From: an uncultured virus (IMG/VR IMGVR_UViG_2838114448_000008)
Taxonomy: Duplodnaviria > Heunggongvirae > Uroviricota > Caudoviricetes
DNA: 64,000 nucleotides
Direction: 5' to 3' (one strand)
IMG/VR virus record: IMGVR_UViG_2838114448_000008
Below, piece after piece: positions 18,725 to 28,747 of this stretch (positions are counted from its first letter, which is position 1; each line of letters begins with the position of its first letter). A program made the position numbers and the translations under genes. The notes beneath the pieces are model-generated. The model did no database searches, was not told the origin of the DNA, and was given only the letters and a program-made list of their open reading frames with translations.

Positions 18725-19836
18725 GCGCGGGCCGCCCTTGGTACAAACGATACCCGGCCGATTTCATTGCGGCGACGATGCACCTGAAGCTGGAGGAGAA
18801 AGGCGCCTACAGCATCGTGCTCGATCTGCTGTACGACCGAGGGCAGCCGATCCCCGACGACTCCCCGTACATCGCCCGCGTGTGCGGATGCTCCACGCGC
18901 CGATGGAACCAGATCCGCCAGACGCTCCTCGGCGACGGCAAACTCTACGTGACAGACGATGGTGGCCACCTGAGCAACACCCGCTTTGACCGTGAGGGGC
19001 CGGAGAACCTGGAGGACGGTGAACGCCGCCGGGCGAACGGATCGAAAGGAGGGAAAAAGCGGGCGAAAAATCGGGCTAAGTCGAGCGATATCAACGATAT
19101 AGCTCCGGATGGGCTTGAAACACCCGACAAGGCCCCGGAATCGCCTGCCGAAACGCGTTCTCCGTTTTTTCCGGAGAAAAATCCGAGAGAAGTTCAAGAT
19201 AAACCGGCTGAAAAATCGGAGAAATCCAGCGATATCAATGCTCTGGGTTCGGATCAGCTTCAACCAAGCCAGAGTCCAGAGGCTAGAGTAAGGGAATCAA
19301 TCAACATCACCCGGAGTTCTCCCTCCCGCGCGTGCGCACAACGCGAGGGGCCGGGTGACGATGACGATCCTAAGCCCAGCGATGACCCCATCGAGCGACC
19401 GAAGGGACGGCCCGTCGCTCAGACCGACTGGCCCCCACAGCCCAGCCCGGAGACCCGTGCGGCCCTGGCACTGATCGAAGCGGCCAAGGCCGGGCTGCGC
19501 GCTGGCGGCGTCGGTGTGAACCCTGCGCCTGCCATGGGCGACCTGGAGACCGCCAAGCGCTGGCAAGCATCCGGAGCGGACGCAGAAACCGTGCGATGCG
19601 TCGCCGAGGCGGTCAGCGCGTGGCTGCACGGCAAGGGTCGCGGACCACCCGCGTCCCTGGCGTACCTCGACAACCGCCTGTCCGAGGCGTTGGCGAGCCC
19701 CGAGCCGCTGTTGATTCCCGCCGAGCCAAGAGGACCCCGCCATGACGCCCGCCATTGCACACCCCGCCCCGCCAGCGCCCACAATGCCTTCGTTGCCGGC
19801 TTTGCCCGCTTCGCTGTCGGCGATCCTGACGGCTGA
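18721..19836 (+). CDS. Replication initiator, YdaU/DUF1376 family
   Basis: PWYKRYPADFIAAT..L.LEEKGAY..LDLLY; central low-complexity, repeat-bearing region. Confidence 0.8.
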   Translation: MSAGRPWYKRYPADFIAATMHLKLEEKGAYSIVLDLLYDRGQPIPDDSPYIARVCGCSTRRWNQIRQTLLGDGKLYVTDDGGHLSNTRFDREGPENLEDGERRRANGSKGGKKRAKNRAKSSDINDIAPDGLETPDKAPESPAETRSPFFPEKNPREVQDKPAEKSEKSSDINALGSDQLQPSQSPEARVRESINITRSSPSRACAQREGPGDDDDPKPSDDPIERPKGRPVAQTDWPPQPSPETRAALALIEAAKAGLRAGGVGVNPAPAMGDLETAKRWQASGADAETVRCVAEAVSAWLHGKGRGPPASLAYLDNRLSEALASPEPLLIPAEPRGPRHDARHCTPRPASAHNAFVAGFARFAVGDPDG

Positions 19837-20251
19837 GACCGAATGGCGCTTCCCACCCGGGGGAGACCCCTACGAGGTCCAACGACGCCCGTGGTCGCCT
19901 CCCGCCAGCGTCACCGCGGAGCAACTGAACGCGGCACGGGCGGCGCTGTGCGAGATCGAACCCATGCTGAGGCCGGCCCGCCGCCAGGACGTCAGCGCCC
20001 GTGTCATGACCGCCCTGGCGCATTTCTACGTCGCGGCCATGCCGGAGGGGATTCACCAGCAGATCGCCGCCGATTGGGCCGATGCCCTCGGCGAGTTTCC
20101 CATGTGGGCAATCGCTGAGGCGTTCCGGAAGCACCTGCGCACCGAGGATCGGAAGCCGACCATCGCAGCCATTCGCTCGCGCTGCCAGGACCTGACGGCC
20201 AACATGCGGCGGCGGCGAGATCGCCTCCAGCGGCTTTCGGAGGCCGCATGA
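19742..20251 (+). CDS. Putative helicase loader/replication accessory protein
   Basis: DWADALGEFP.WAI..A...PTIAAIR pattern following the initiator. Confidence 0.55.
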   Translation: MTPAIAHPAPPAPTMPSLPALPASLSAILTAETEWRFPPGGDPYEVQRRPWSPPASVTAEQLNAARAALCEIEPMLRPARRQDVSARVMTALAHFYVAAMPEGIHQQIAADWADALGEFPMWAIAEAFRKHLRTEDRKPTIAAIRSRCQDLTANMRRRRDRLQRLSEAA

Positions 20252-20880
20252 CGACCGAACCCGAGCCTCCCCTCGCAGATCGTCCGACCGACCGGCCGAC
20301 CGATCCGGTCTACCTGCTGGTCGTCGCCCTGGTTCTGGCCCATGCGCCGTGGCCGTCCGCCCGGGTCGTCGCCGGCATGCTGGGTCTGTCCGAGCAGACC
20401 GTGCGTCGGCGGGTGGCGGCCCTGACCGAGGCCGGACACCTGCGCAGCCGTCCCGGCCGGAGTTGGCGGGTCCGGCGCATCATCGAGGCCCCGGGCATCG
20501 GCTGCACGGCGGCGGACCAAAGCCAGCACATCGAGGTCCTCCGTGTCCTGGCCGCGCACCCCGAGGGCCTGTCCGTCCCGGCCCTGGCCCATGCGATGCT
20601 CGTGCCCCGCTCCCGGGCCCGCCACCTGATCCGGAAAGCCTGGACCTTGGGCCGGGTCGAGCGGGCCACGGGCTCGTCCGACGGCGGCCTGACGCGCTAC
20701 TGCCTTTCGGCGGATATGGCCCCGCCCGACCGTGTGCCTGGACAGGCACCGGAAGCGCGGACGCGCGTGGTGAGCCTGTTGGCGGCCCTGAGCGCCGAGG
20801 AGCCGGACGCGGACCCGGACCCGGAGGACGTCGAGGCCGGCGCCTGGATGCAGGCGGAGATCGAACGGCGCGCGGGGTGA
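20248..20880 (+). CDS. Tandem-HTH protein, candidate late-gene activator
   Basis: PSARVVAGMLGLSEQTVRRRVAALTEAGHL plus a second HTH; last early gene before terminase. Confidence 0.55.
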   Translation: MTTEPEPPLADRPTDRPTDPVYLLVVALVLAHAPWPSARVVAGMLGLSEQTVRRRVAALTEAGHLRSRPGRSWRVRRIIEAPGIGCTAADQSQHIEVLRVLAAHPEGLSVPALAHAMLVPRSRARHLIRKAWTLGRVERATGSSDGGLTRYCLSADMAPPDRVPGQAPEARTRVVSLLAALSAEEPDADPDPEDVEAGAWMQAEIERRAG

Positions 20881-20965
20881 TCGCCGCCAGAAGCGAAGAG
20901 CAGGTCACTCCGATGTGACCCACAAGTGACCCGTGGTGTCCTGACCGGCGCAGCACCCAACGCTC

Positions 20966-20983
20966 TGAGCGTGACGGGACATC
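20966..20983 (+). promoter_or_regulatory. Late motif copy 1 TGAGCGTGACGGGACATC
   Basis: Recurs at 26922, 27464, 39050 and 52057; upstream of terS. Confidence 0.7.
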
Positions 20984-21019
20984 GCGCACCGTAGGCCCAT
21001 CAACCAGCCCAGGAGGTGT

Positions 21020-21565
21020 GTGGTGGCGTCCGCCGATCTGAATGACCGTCAGCGCGCGTTTTGCGAGGAATACCTCGTCGATCTGAACGCGACGCAGGCC
21101 GCCATTCGGGCGGGATACGCTGAGGATTCCGCGGCCCAGCAGGGATGGGCGCTCCTCAGAAACCCGAAGGTTTTCAAGGAAATCAACAGGTTGAAAGCCG
21201 AACGGCGCCAGCGGCTTGAGGCCGATCAGGACGCCATCATCCAGGAGTTGACCTGTCTGGCGATGTACGACGCGGGCGAGATCGCCGGAGCCGAGGTCAG
21301 CAAGCCCGGTGATATCGGCAAACTGCCCGAGCACATTCGCCGCGCCATCGTCGGCTGGAAATGGGATCGGCACGGCAACCTCGTGCTCGATCTGGCCAGC
21401 AAGACGGCCGCGCTCGACCTGCTGGGCAAGCACCTGGCGATGTGGATCGAGCGGGTCGAGCACGGCGGAACGGTGGAGATCACCGACACCGAGCGGGCCA
21501 AGCGCATTGCCCAGATGCTGGTCGCGGCCCAGAACCGCAAGGACGGGGGCGGCCATGCCGGGTGA
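21020..21565 (+). CDS. terS: Terminase small subunit
   Basis: LNDRQRAFCEEYLVDLNATQAAIRAGY...ALDLLGKHL. Confidence 0.93.
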   Translation: MVASADLNDRQRAFCEEYLVDLNATQAAIRAGYAEDSAAQQGWALLRNPKVFKEINRLKAERRQRLEADQDAIIQELTCLAMYDAGEIAGAEVSKPGDIGKLPEHIRRAIVGWKWDRHGNLVLDLASKTAALDLLGKHLAMWIERVEHGGTVEITDTERAKRIAQMLVAAQNRKDGGGHAG

Positions 21566-23111
21566 TGCCGCCGTTCCCGACATGGCGCCCCCCGATATGG
21601 CAAACGTGGAGCGGTTGCTCCCGTACCTGACCGACGCCGAGCGCGCCGAACTGGACACGCTCCTGACGGCGGGCGTGCCGATCTGGATGCCCCTGCCCGG
21701 CCCGCAGACGGACGCCTACCACAGCGAGGCCGACGTCCTGGGCTACGGGGGTGCTGCCGGTGGCGGCAAGTCGGACCTCGCCATCGGGCTGGCACTCACC
21801 CAGCACCACCGCGCCGCCATCTTCCGCCGTGAGTCCACGCAGTTGACCGGCGTGGTGGATCGCCTGACCGAAATCCTGGGAGCGCGGACCGGCTACAACG
21901 GCTCGGAGAAGATCTGGCGCCTGCCCGACCGCCGTCAGATCGAATTCGGCTCCTGCCCCAACCTGGGGGACGAGGAACGCTACCAGGGCCGGCCGAAGGA
22001 CCTGCTGGTGATCGACGAGGCCACGCACTTCCTGTTGCTCCAGGTGCGGTACCTGATGGGCTGGGTGCGAACCACGCGCAAGGGCCAGCGGTGCCGCACC
22101 GTGTTGACGTTCAACCCGCCGACCTCGGCCGAGGGACAGTGGGTGATCGAGTTCTTCGCCCCCTGGCTGGACGACACCCACCCCAATCCGGCCAAGCCGG
22201 GCGAACTGCGCTGGTTCGCCACCCTCGACGGTAAGGACGAGGAGGTCCAGAGCGGCGAGCCGTTCGAGCACAACGGGGAGACGATCGTGCCGCAGTCGCG
22301 GACGTTCATCCCCTCCCGCATCGGCGACAACCCGTTCCTGGTCAAGACCGGCTACATGGCGACGCTTCAGGCCATGCCCGAGCCCCTGCGCAGCCAGATG
22401 CTGCACGGCGACTTCAAGGCCGGCATGGAGGACGACCCCTGGCAGGTGATTCCCACCGCCTGGGTGATCGCCGCCCAGGACCGCTGGCAGGCCCGCCCGG
22501 TGGCCAAGGGCGACATGACCGCCATGGGCGTCGACCCCGCGCGCGGCGGCCGCGACGAGTTCGTGGCCGCCTGCCGCCATGGCGCCTGGATCGACGAGTT
22601 GAAGACCTGCCCCGGCACCGAGACCCCGGACGGCGCCTATGGCAGCGCCTTCGTGGTGCAGCACCGCCGCGACGATGCGCCGGTTCACATCGACGTGATC
22701 GGTTGGGGCAGCAGCACCACGGATTTCCTGGCCACCAACGGCGTTCATGTGGTGCCCGTGAACGGCGCCGCCGGCAGCACCGGCTTGACCCGCCAAGGCG
22801 ACCTCCCGTTCGTCAACCTGCGGGCGGAGGTGTGGTGGCGCGCCCGCGAGGCCCTGGACCCGGCTGGCGCGGACCCGATCGCCCTGCCGCCGGATGCGCG
22901 CCTGCGGGCCGACCTGTGCGCCCCGAAGTGGACCCTGCGCAACGGCGGCATCCTGGTCGAGGCCAAGGAGGAGATTCAGGCCCGCATCGGTCGCTCGCCC
23001 GACCGCGGCGATGCCGTGGTCTACAGCCTGATCGACACGCCCAAGCGCGCTATCGCCAACATGCTGGCGCGCCGGGCCGCCCGCGCTGGCCGTGACTGGA
23101 GGACGTTGTGA
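21555..23111 (+). CDS. terL: Terminase large subunit
   Basis: GGAAGGGKS, LLVIDEA, TFNPP, MGVDPARGGRD, SPDRGDA. Confidence 0.95.
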   Translation: MPGDAAVPDMAPPDMANVERLLPYLTDAERAELDTLLTAGVPIWMPLPGPQTDAYHSEADVLGYGGAAGGGKSDLAIGLALTQHHRAAIFRRESTQLTGVVDRLTEILGARTGYNGSEKIWRLPDRRQIEFGSCPNLGDEERYQGRPKDLLVIDEATHFLLLQVRYLMGWVRTTRKGQRCRTVLTFNPPTSAEGQWVIEFFAPWLDDTHPNPAKPGELRWFATLDGKDEEVQSGEPFEHNGETIVPQSRTFIPSRIGDNPFLVKTGYMATLQAMPEPLRSQMLHGDFKAGMEDDPWQVIPTAWVIAAQDRWQARPVAKGDMTAMGVDPARGGRDEFVAACRHGAWIDELKTCPGTETPDGAYGSAFVVQHRRDDAPVHIDVIGWGSSTTDFLATNGVHVVPVNGAAGSTGLTRQGDLPFVNLRAEVWWRAREALDPAGADPIALPPDARLRADLCAPKWTLRNGGILVEAKEEIQARIGRSPDRGDAVVYSLIDTPKRAIANMLARRAARAGRDWRTL

Positions 23112-25300
23112 TGCCCCGCGCTTCTTCGTCACAAGCCCCTCGGCCAGACGGCGGGTTCATCTCGCCGCAGGCCCCGCGCCGAGCGCCGACCCAGGACCCG
23201 GCGGTGGTCGCCGCCAACCTGGAGCGATTCCGTCTCGCCCACGCCGGGCACCAGAAATGGGCGGAGAAGGCGGCCGAGTGCGTGCGGTTCTACGAGGACG
23301 AGCAGTGGACGCCGGAGCAGCGCGCCGAGTTGGAGGCCCAGGGACGCAGCGTCCTGGTGCTCAACCGGATCAAGCCGGTGATCCGGACCGTGCAGGGCTT
23401 CATGCGGCGGAACCGGTACGAGACCGTGTTCAAGCCGGGCAACGACGGCAGCGGCACCAAGGAGGCCGCCGAAGCGCTGTCCATGGTCTCCAAGCAGATC
23501 GACGAGCGCAATGGCTCGAAATGGGTCGATGCCCAGGTGTTCCAAGACGGGGTGCAGACCGGGCGCGGGTTCTGGGACGTGCGGCTGGATTTCGAGAGGA
23601 ACGCCCTGGGCGAGGTGCGGATCCGGGAACTGGACCCCTTCTCCACCTACATCGACCCGGAGGCCAGCACTTATGAGCCCGATGGCTGGAACTTTGCGAC
23701 CGTCACCCGCTGGATGAGCCTGCGCGAGATCGAAGTGCTGTTCGGACGCGCGCTGGCTGACGACCTGCAAGCCGACGAGCAGAGCGGCATGCCCAGCCGG
23801 GGCGACTACGGCGTGGAGCCGGCCGACGAGATCACACCGGATCGCTCGTTCGGCCTCGATGAGTTCCTGGCCGATCCCTACGACACCACCCAGCCGATCC
23901 TGGGCACCACCAGTGATTTGGGGGGGGGCCGCCTCGGCGGCGCCTTCAACCCGGTGGAGCACGTCAACCGCGCCCGCCGCCTGCTGCGCGTGCTGGAAAC
24001 GCAGCATTGGGAGCTGCGCGAGGTCTGGCGGGCCACCGACTACACCACCGGCCAGCGCATGACGCTGCCGCCGTCCTGGGATGATGCCAAGATCTCCCGC
24101 CTGATCGCCTGGAACGAGGTGCGGGGCAATCAGGTGGGCATCGAGCGCGCCGTGATCCGGGCCGTGCGGTGGACCGTCACCTGCTGCGACCGGGTGCTGT
24201 TCGACGACTGGTCGCCCTACCAGACCATGACCATCGTGCCGTTCTTCCCGTACTTCCGCCGCGGCAAAACGCAGGGCCTGATCGAGAGCCTGATCGACCC
24301 GCAGGTCGAGTTCAACAAGTCCCGCATGAACCGCCTCGACATCATGACCCGCACGGCCAACGGCGGTTGGGACATCGAGAAGGGGCAACTCGACGACGAG
24401 GCCATGCGCACCCTGGAAGAGCAGGGCTCATCGCCGGGTGTCATCATCGAGCGCAAGGCCGGCACGCCGCCCCTCGCCCGCATTCGTCCGGACATGCCCT
24501 CGCCCGCCTGGAAGGTCTTCGAGCAGGACGCCGCCACCGACATCAAGGAAATCAGCGGCATCAATGACTCGGCCATGGGGCACATCGACCGCGTCCAGTC
24601 GGGCCGGGCAATCGAGGCCCGCCAGCGCCAGGCGTTGAACGCGGTCGAGCCGGATTTCGACAACCTCGCCCGCTCCCGCGAGATCAAGGCCCGCGTCATC
24701 CTGGGCATGGTGCAGCGGTACTACACCGAGGAGCGCATCATCCGGGTGCGGGGCGAGATGGACCGCGAGCAGACGGTGACGATCAACCAGCGGGATCCGG
24801 CCGGCAATATCATCAACAACATCGCCGTCGGCGCCTACGACGTGGTGATCGACGAGACGCCCGTGTCGTCCAGCTACATGCAAGCGCAGTTCGAAGAGGC
24901 CATGGAACTGCGCGAGAAGGGCGTGCCGATCCCCGACGACATCCTTATCAAGTCCAGCAGCATCGCCGGCAAGGACGCCGTCATCGAGCGGATCGAGGAG
25001 GCCCAGGCCGCGCAGCAGGCCGCCGCCCAGGCCCAGCATTTCGCCGCCACCGCGCAGATGGGGCTGCCGCCCGGCACCCCCCTGCCGCCGATCACCGCCG
25101 GCGCACCGTTCGCCGTCACCGCGCCCAGCCCCCCGATGGGCAACGGTCAACCGGGCGCGCCCCGTCCGGGGCAGGCCGCAGCCCCCCAGGGCGCACCGCC
25201 CATGCCCGGCCCCTCCCCTGCACCCGGCGCGCCCATGGCACCGCCGTTCCCCCAGAGAGCGCACACCCAGAGACCCGGGCCCCGGAGACCCATGCCATGA
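23108..25300 (+). CDS. Portal protein, P22 gp1-like
   Basis: FY..EQW...LNRIKP, DPQ..FNK, SGRAIEARQ; follows terL. Confidence 0.88.
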   Translation: MMPRASSSQAPRPDGGFISPQAPRRAPTQDPAVVAANLERFRLAHAGHQKWAEKAAECVRFYEDEQWTPEQRAELEAQGRSVLVLNRIKPVIRTVQGFMRRNRYETVFKPGNDGSGTKEAAEALSMVSKQIDERNGSKWVDAQVFQDGVQTGRGFWDVRLDFERNALGEVRIRELDPFSTYIDPEASTYEPDGWNFATVTRWMSLREIEVLFGRALADDLQADEQSGMPSRGDYGVEPADEITPDRSFGLDEFLADPYDTTQPILGTTSDLGGGRLGGAFNPVEHVNRARRLLRVLETQHWELREVWRATDYTTGQRMTLPPSWDDAKISRLIAWNEVRGNQVGIERAVIRAVRWTVTCCDRVLFDDWSPYQTMTIVPFFPYFRRGKTQGLIESLIDPQVEFNKSRMNRLDIMTRTANGGWDIEKGQLDDEAMRTLEEQGSSPGVIIERKAGTPPLARIRPDMPSPAWKVFEQDAATDIKEISGINDSAMGHIDRVQSGRAIEARQRQALNAVEPDFDNLARSREIKARVILGMVQRYYTEERIIRVRGEMDREQTVTINQRDPAGNIINNIAVGAYDVVIDETPVSSSYMQAQFEEAMELREKGVPIPDDILIKSSSIAGKDAVIERIEEAQAAQQAAAQAQHFAATAQMGLPPGTPLPPITAGAPFAVTAPSPPMGNGQPGAPRPGQAAAPQGAPPMPGPSPAPGAPMAPPFPQRAHTQRPGPRRPMP

Positions 25301-25593
25301 CCACGACCCCGATGCTGACCGCCGCCACCGCGCCGGGAACCCATGACTGGATCCGGTTCGACCGCCCCATGCAGGAGGGCATTGTCACCATCGCCATCAC
25401 CGGGACCGCCACGGTGCAGATTGAGGGGTCGGATGACGACGGTGCGACGGCGTTCGCCATGGGCGACGCCATCAGCGCCGAGGCCGGGCTCCACACCACC
25501 CGGCTGGTGCGCCTGCTGGACGCGGTGCGGGCCCGCGTGGTCGACATCGCGCCCGGCGGCTCGGTCACCACGCGCCTGACCCTGGGGGCCTGA
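25297..25593 (+). CDS. Small beta-rich virion protein
   Basis: ATGA-coupled to the portal; ATVQIEGSDD pattern. Confidence 0.55.
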   Translation: MTTTPMLTAATAPGTHDWIRFDRPMQEGIVTIAITGTATVQIEGSDDDGATAFAMGDAISAEAGLHTTRLVRLLDAVRARVVDIAPGGSVTTRLTLGA

Positions 25594-25596
25594 CGG

Positions 25597-26535
25597 ATGA
25601 CGTCGGCAGGATGGTGGCGCGGCACCCATAACGTGATGCGCGGTCCAGTGATGGGCACCGGGCAGAACCCGGTGGACAACAGTCCGGGCGACGGAATCGC
25701 ACCGTTGCCCATCATCCCTCTGGTCACGGCCGGGGTGGTCCAGCCGGCCGCGACGTTCTCGCGCGCCTCCGCCGCGACCTGGTGGGATGGATCGGCGTTC
25801 CGGGCGGTCGATCCCAACGTCCCGCGCGTCGAAGGTGGCGCGCTGGTCATCGAACGCGCCGCGACCAACACCGCGTACCAGTCCACGGACATAGGGGCGC
25901 TTTCGTCAAGCTCCGGCACCATCACCCGACGGGAGCCCTTCGGCGTCGGATCCTGGGCCACGCTGACCGCCAACGCGGACGGGTCGGCCCTGCTGATCGG
26001 CGCCGCCGACGGCATGACGGTCGGGGAGACCTACACAATCTCGTGTTATGCCCGCGCGAGGACACGCGACCAGATCTTTTTGCAGGGCCGGGAACATCGG
26101 TATCCGAAAACGATATTCGACCTCGCAGCGGGCGCAATCCTCTCTGAAGCGTCCGAGTACACCAGCACCATCACTCTCCTTGGCACCGCCGTCTTTCGCT
26201 GTTCCATCCGGTTTGTTGCGGACACTGCGGGATCCTACATCGTCGCGCTCGGGTTCACGGCGCAGACCGGGGACTCGGTCGATTTTTACGGGCGGCAGCT
26301 TGAGCGCGGGCCCGGTCCCACGTCCCTGATCGCCACCGGCAACGGCGCCGCAACGCGCGCCGCCGACGTCCTAAGCCACGCGCCCGCCACGGCCGGCACC
26401 GTGCGCCTGATCGGCACCGACGCCGAAGGCACCGCGCACCCAGCCCAAGAACCGCTGATGGAGCCTGTCACCGCCGCGGTCCCCTGGGCCGCGCCGGCCG
26501 GCCGATGGTCGGACATCTGGGTGGAGGTGGCCTGA
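25597..26535 (+). CDS. Head spike/fibre-domain protein
   Basis: TFSRAS...PR...LVIERAATN...QLE.G..PTSLI.T....TRAAD; paralog of 62276-63163. Confidence 0.7.
   Translation: MTSAGWWRGTHNVMRGPVMGTGQNPVDNSPGDGIAPLPIIPLVTAGVVQPAATFSRASAATWWDGSAFRAVDPNVPRVEGGALVIERAATNTAYQSTDIGALSSSSGTITRREPFGVGSWATLTANADGSALLIGAADGMTVGETYTISCYARARTRDQIFLQGREHRYPKTIFDLAAGAILSEASEYTSTITLLGTAVFRCSIRFVADTAGSYIVALGFTAQTGDSVDFYGRQLERGPGPTSLIATGNGAATRAADVLSHAPATAGTVRLIGTDAEGTAHPAQEPLMEPVTAAVPWAAPAGRWSDIWVEVA
25719..26522 (+). repeat. ~804-bp ungapped homology with 62344-63147
   Basis: Both copies start TCTGGTCACGGCCGGGGTG and remain colinear to TGGGT. Confidence 0.92.
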
Positions 26536-26900
26536 TGGAGATCCTGTATCTGTGGGCGCCGGATGAGGCCGCGTTGATCGCCGCCGCGCGGGATGCCGTG
26601 CCCGACCTGCTGGACGGCGACACCTGGGTGGTGCGTCGCCCCGACACGCAGTCCGGATATCCGCGCACAGCCGATGGTGCGGTGATGCTGGATGTGGCCG
26701 GCATCCAGCCGTGGGAGACGGAGCCAGAGTACGAAGCGAACGGCGGTGTCGTTGCGGAGGGCGTTCCGGTGGGTGGGTACCACGCCAATCTCACCTATCA
26801 CGCGGTCGGCGCGGCCCGCGCCCAGGCGCTTCGCACGGCCCTGGAGGCACGCGGCGGAGAGGCGCGCCACCCGGACACACCCGTGCGGGTGTTTGCCTAG
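26535..26900 (+). CDS. Spike/fibre-associated small protein
   Basis: TGATG-coupled; GYHANL...PDTPVRVFA ending. Confidence 0.55.
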   Translation: MEILYLWAPDEAALIAAARDAVPDLLDGDTWVVRRPDTQSGYPRTADGAVMLDVAGIQPWETEPEYEANGGVVAEGVPVGGYHANLTYHAVGAARAQALRTALEARGGEARHPDTPVRVFA

Positions 26901-26921
26901 CCCCCTTTGAGCGCCCCCCTT

Positions 26922-26939
26922 TGAGCGTAACGGGACATC
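26922..26939 (+). promoter_or_regulatory. Late motif copy 2 TGAGCGTAACGGGACATC
   Basis: Intergenic; preceded by duplicated CCCCCTTTGAGCG. Confidence 0.7.
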
Positions 26940-26981
26940 CCTGACGGTCCAGGCAGTTGCCACCGCGCCTGGACCCCGCCC

Positions 26982-27500
26982 ATGCCCGCCCTCCACGCCC
27001 GCCAGAGCCGCCGCACCGGCCCGCCCACAAAGCTGCCGCCGCTGTACCGCGCCGGGGAGCCGCATTGGGTGGTGGCCCCCTGCGAGGGGGGCGTCGTTCG
27101 CGTCGTGGCGCAGGCGGGGGACATGCGGATCACCGACCGCCACGCCTTCATCGCGTTCGACCTGTGCCGCGCGCTCAACCGGCATGTCGACCTGGACGGC
27201 ACCTGGGTGGTGCGCTGGATCGAGCCCACGGATCCCGGTTTGAACCCGGACGGAACATTCCGGTTCGCGGAGCCGACCATCCTGGAAGCCTGCTACCTCG
27301 ACCGGGATGACGACTGCCAATTCATCCAGACAAATGATGACGCCCTCAACGTCCTGATGATCGCGACAACGGAGTTCTTCCTCCATCAGGCCGAGGACGC
27401 GATGGCCCAGTGGCGGGACATCGAAAAGGCCGCCGAGATCGCGCCGCACCAGAAAAAGCGCAGTGAGCGCGACGGGACATCGGAAACCCTCTTCTTCTGA
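26982..27500 (+). CDS. Hypothetical phage protein
   Basis: 172-aa ORF between two motif copies. Confidence 0.55.
   Translation: MPALHARQSRRTGPPTKLPPLYRAGEPHWVVAPCEGGVVRVVAQAGDMRITDRHAFIAFDLCRALNRHVDLDGTWVVRWIEPTDPGLNPDGTFRFAEPTILEACYLDRDDDCQFIQTNDDALNVLMIATTEFFLHQAEDAMAQWRDIEKAAEIAPHQKKRSERDGTSETLFF
27464..27481 (+). promoter_or_regulatory. Late motif copy 3 TGAGCGCGACGGGACATC
   Basis: About 110 bp upstream of the scaffold/capsid genes. Confidence 0.7.
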
Positions 27501-27589
27501 CGGACGCGCCGCCGAGACAGGCGCCCGGGCCGCCGCCGGAACCACGGGCGCCGCCGCAGGCCACCGCGATAGTTGGGCAGGAACCAGCC

Positions 27590-28708
27590 ATGACGACCCA
27601 GACCGCATCCGCCCCCACCCCCAACACCGGGGACGACCGTTCCGAAGTCGAACTTGCCGACGCGGACGACCTCGACGCTCTGCTTGCCGCCGCCGACGCC
27701 ATCGAGGATGGCGACGACGATGGTGAGGACGGCGTCCAGGACGTCACCGTATCGGACCAAGATGGCCCGGGCGCCAAGGAGCCGGGTGCGGATCCGAAGC
27801 CAACCCCCGGAGCGCCGCCGCACGACAGCGCGCAGGCGGATGGCAATGGACAGGAACAGGGGCAGGACCGGGCCGATTTCGTGCCGCGCGCGCGCCTCAA
27901 CGAAGAGGCACGCAAGCGGCGCGAGTTGGAAGCGCGCATCCAGGAGCTGGAGCAGGGCAAACAGGGAGGGAACCAGCAGAACGCGCCCGAAGCCCCGCCG
28001 TTCGACCCCGACACGGCCCACAAGGCGCTGCACCAAGACGTTCGGAAGGTCAAGCAGCAGGTCGCGGAACTGTTCGACAAGGGCGACATCGGCCTGGCCG
28101 AGCTTCGCCGCCGCGAAGCTGCGATTGACGACCGGGCCGAGGAACTGGCGGCCGAGATCGACGCCAAGGCGCGCGACCGCGTCCGGGCGGAACCGGCGGA
28201 GGCCGGGGACGAGGATTTGTCCCTGTCGCTGGCCACCCGACGCCTGGAGCAGGCGCACCCGTGGGCGCGCCAACTGAGCCAGGCGGACGCCGAGTTCCTG
28301 ACCCAGGCCGCTGTGTACGACCTCCGTCAGGCGGGGCGCGCGATCCCGACCCGGCGCGACGGCACCCTGACCTCCGAGGGAACGCTGATGTTGCGCGCGG
28401 CCGTGGTGCAGGCGGGCTACCGGTACGGGGTGGCCCAGCGGATGGGGTATCAGCCCCAGCCGCGTCCGACCCAGCCGGGCTCCCAGCAGCCATCTCAGCC
28501 GCAGCCGCGCCCCGGCCCATCGCCAAACCAGCGCCGGACCAAGGCGGACCTCGCGGCCGCCATGCCCCCTGACCTGTCCCAGGCCGGCACCACCGGCCCC
28601 GTCTCCGATCTGGATCGTCTTACGGCAAGCGCACACGAAATGTCCGAGGCCGACCTCGCCAGCGAGGACCCCGGACTCCTGGACCGGATGATCGCCTCGT
28701 TCGAGTGA
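27590..28708 (+). CDS. Scaffolding protein
   Basis: Acidic N-terminus, VPRARLNEE..KRRE coiled coil; directly before the capsid gene. Confidence 0.75.
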   Translation: MTTQTASAPTPNTGDDRSEVELADADDLDALLAAADAIEDGDDDGEDGVQDVTVSDQDGPGAKEPGADPKPTPGAPPHDSAQADGNGQEQGQDRADFVPRARLNEEARKRRELEARIQELEQGKQGGNQQNAPEAPPFDPDTAHKALHQDVRKVKQQVAELFDKGDIGLAELRRREAAIDDRAEELAAEIDAKARDRVRAEPAEAGDEDLSLSLATRRLEQAHPWARQLSQADAEFLTQAAVYDLRQAGRAIPTRRDGTLTSEGTLMLRAAVVQAGYRYGVAQRMGYQPQPRPTQPGSQQPSQPQPRPGPSPNQRRTKADLAAAMPPDLSQAGTTGPVSDLDRLTASAHEMSEADLASEDPGLLDRMIASFE

Positions 28709-28747
28709 CGGGGTGATCGGGTTCAGGGCAATCAGGAGCCCAAGGCC

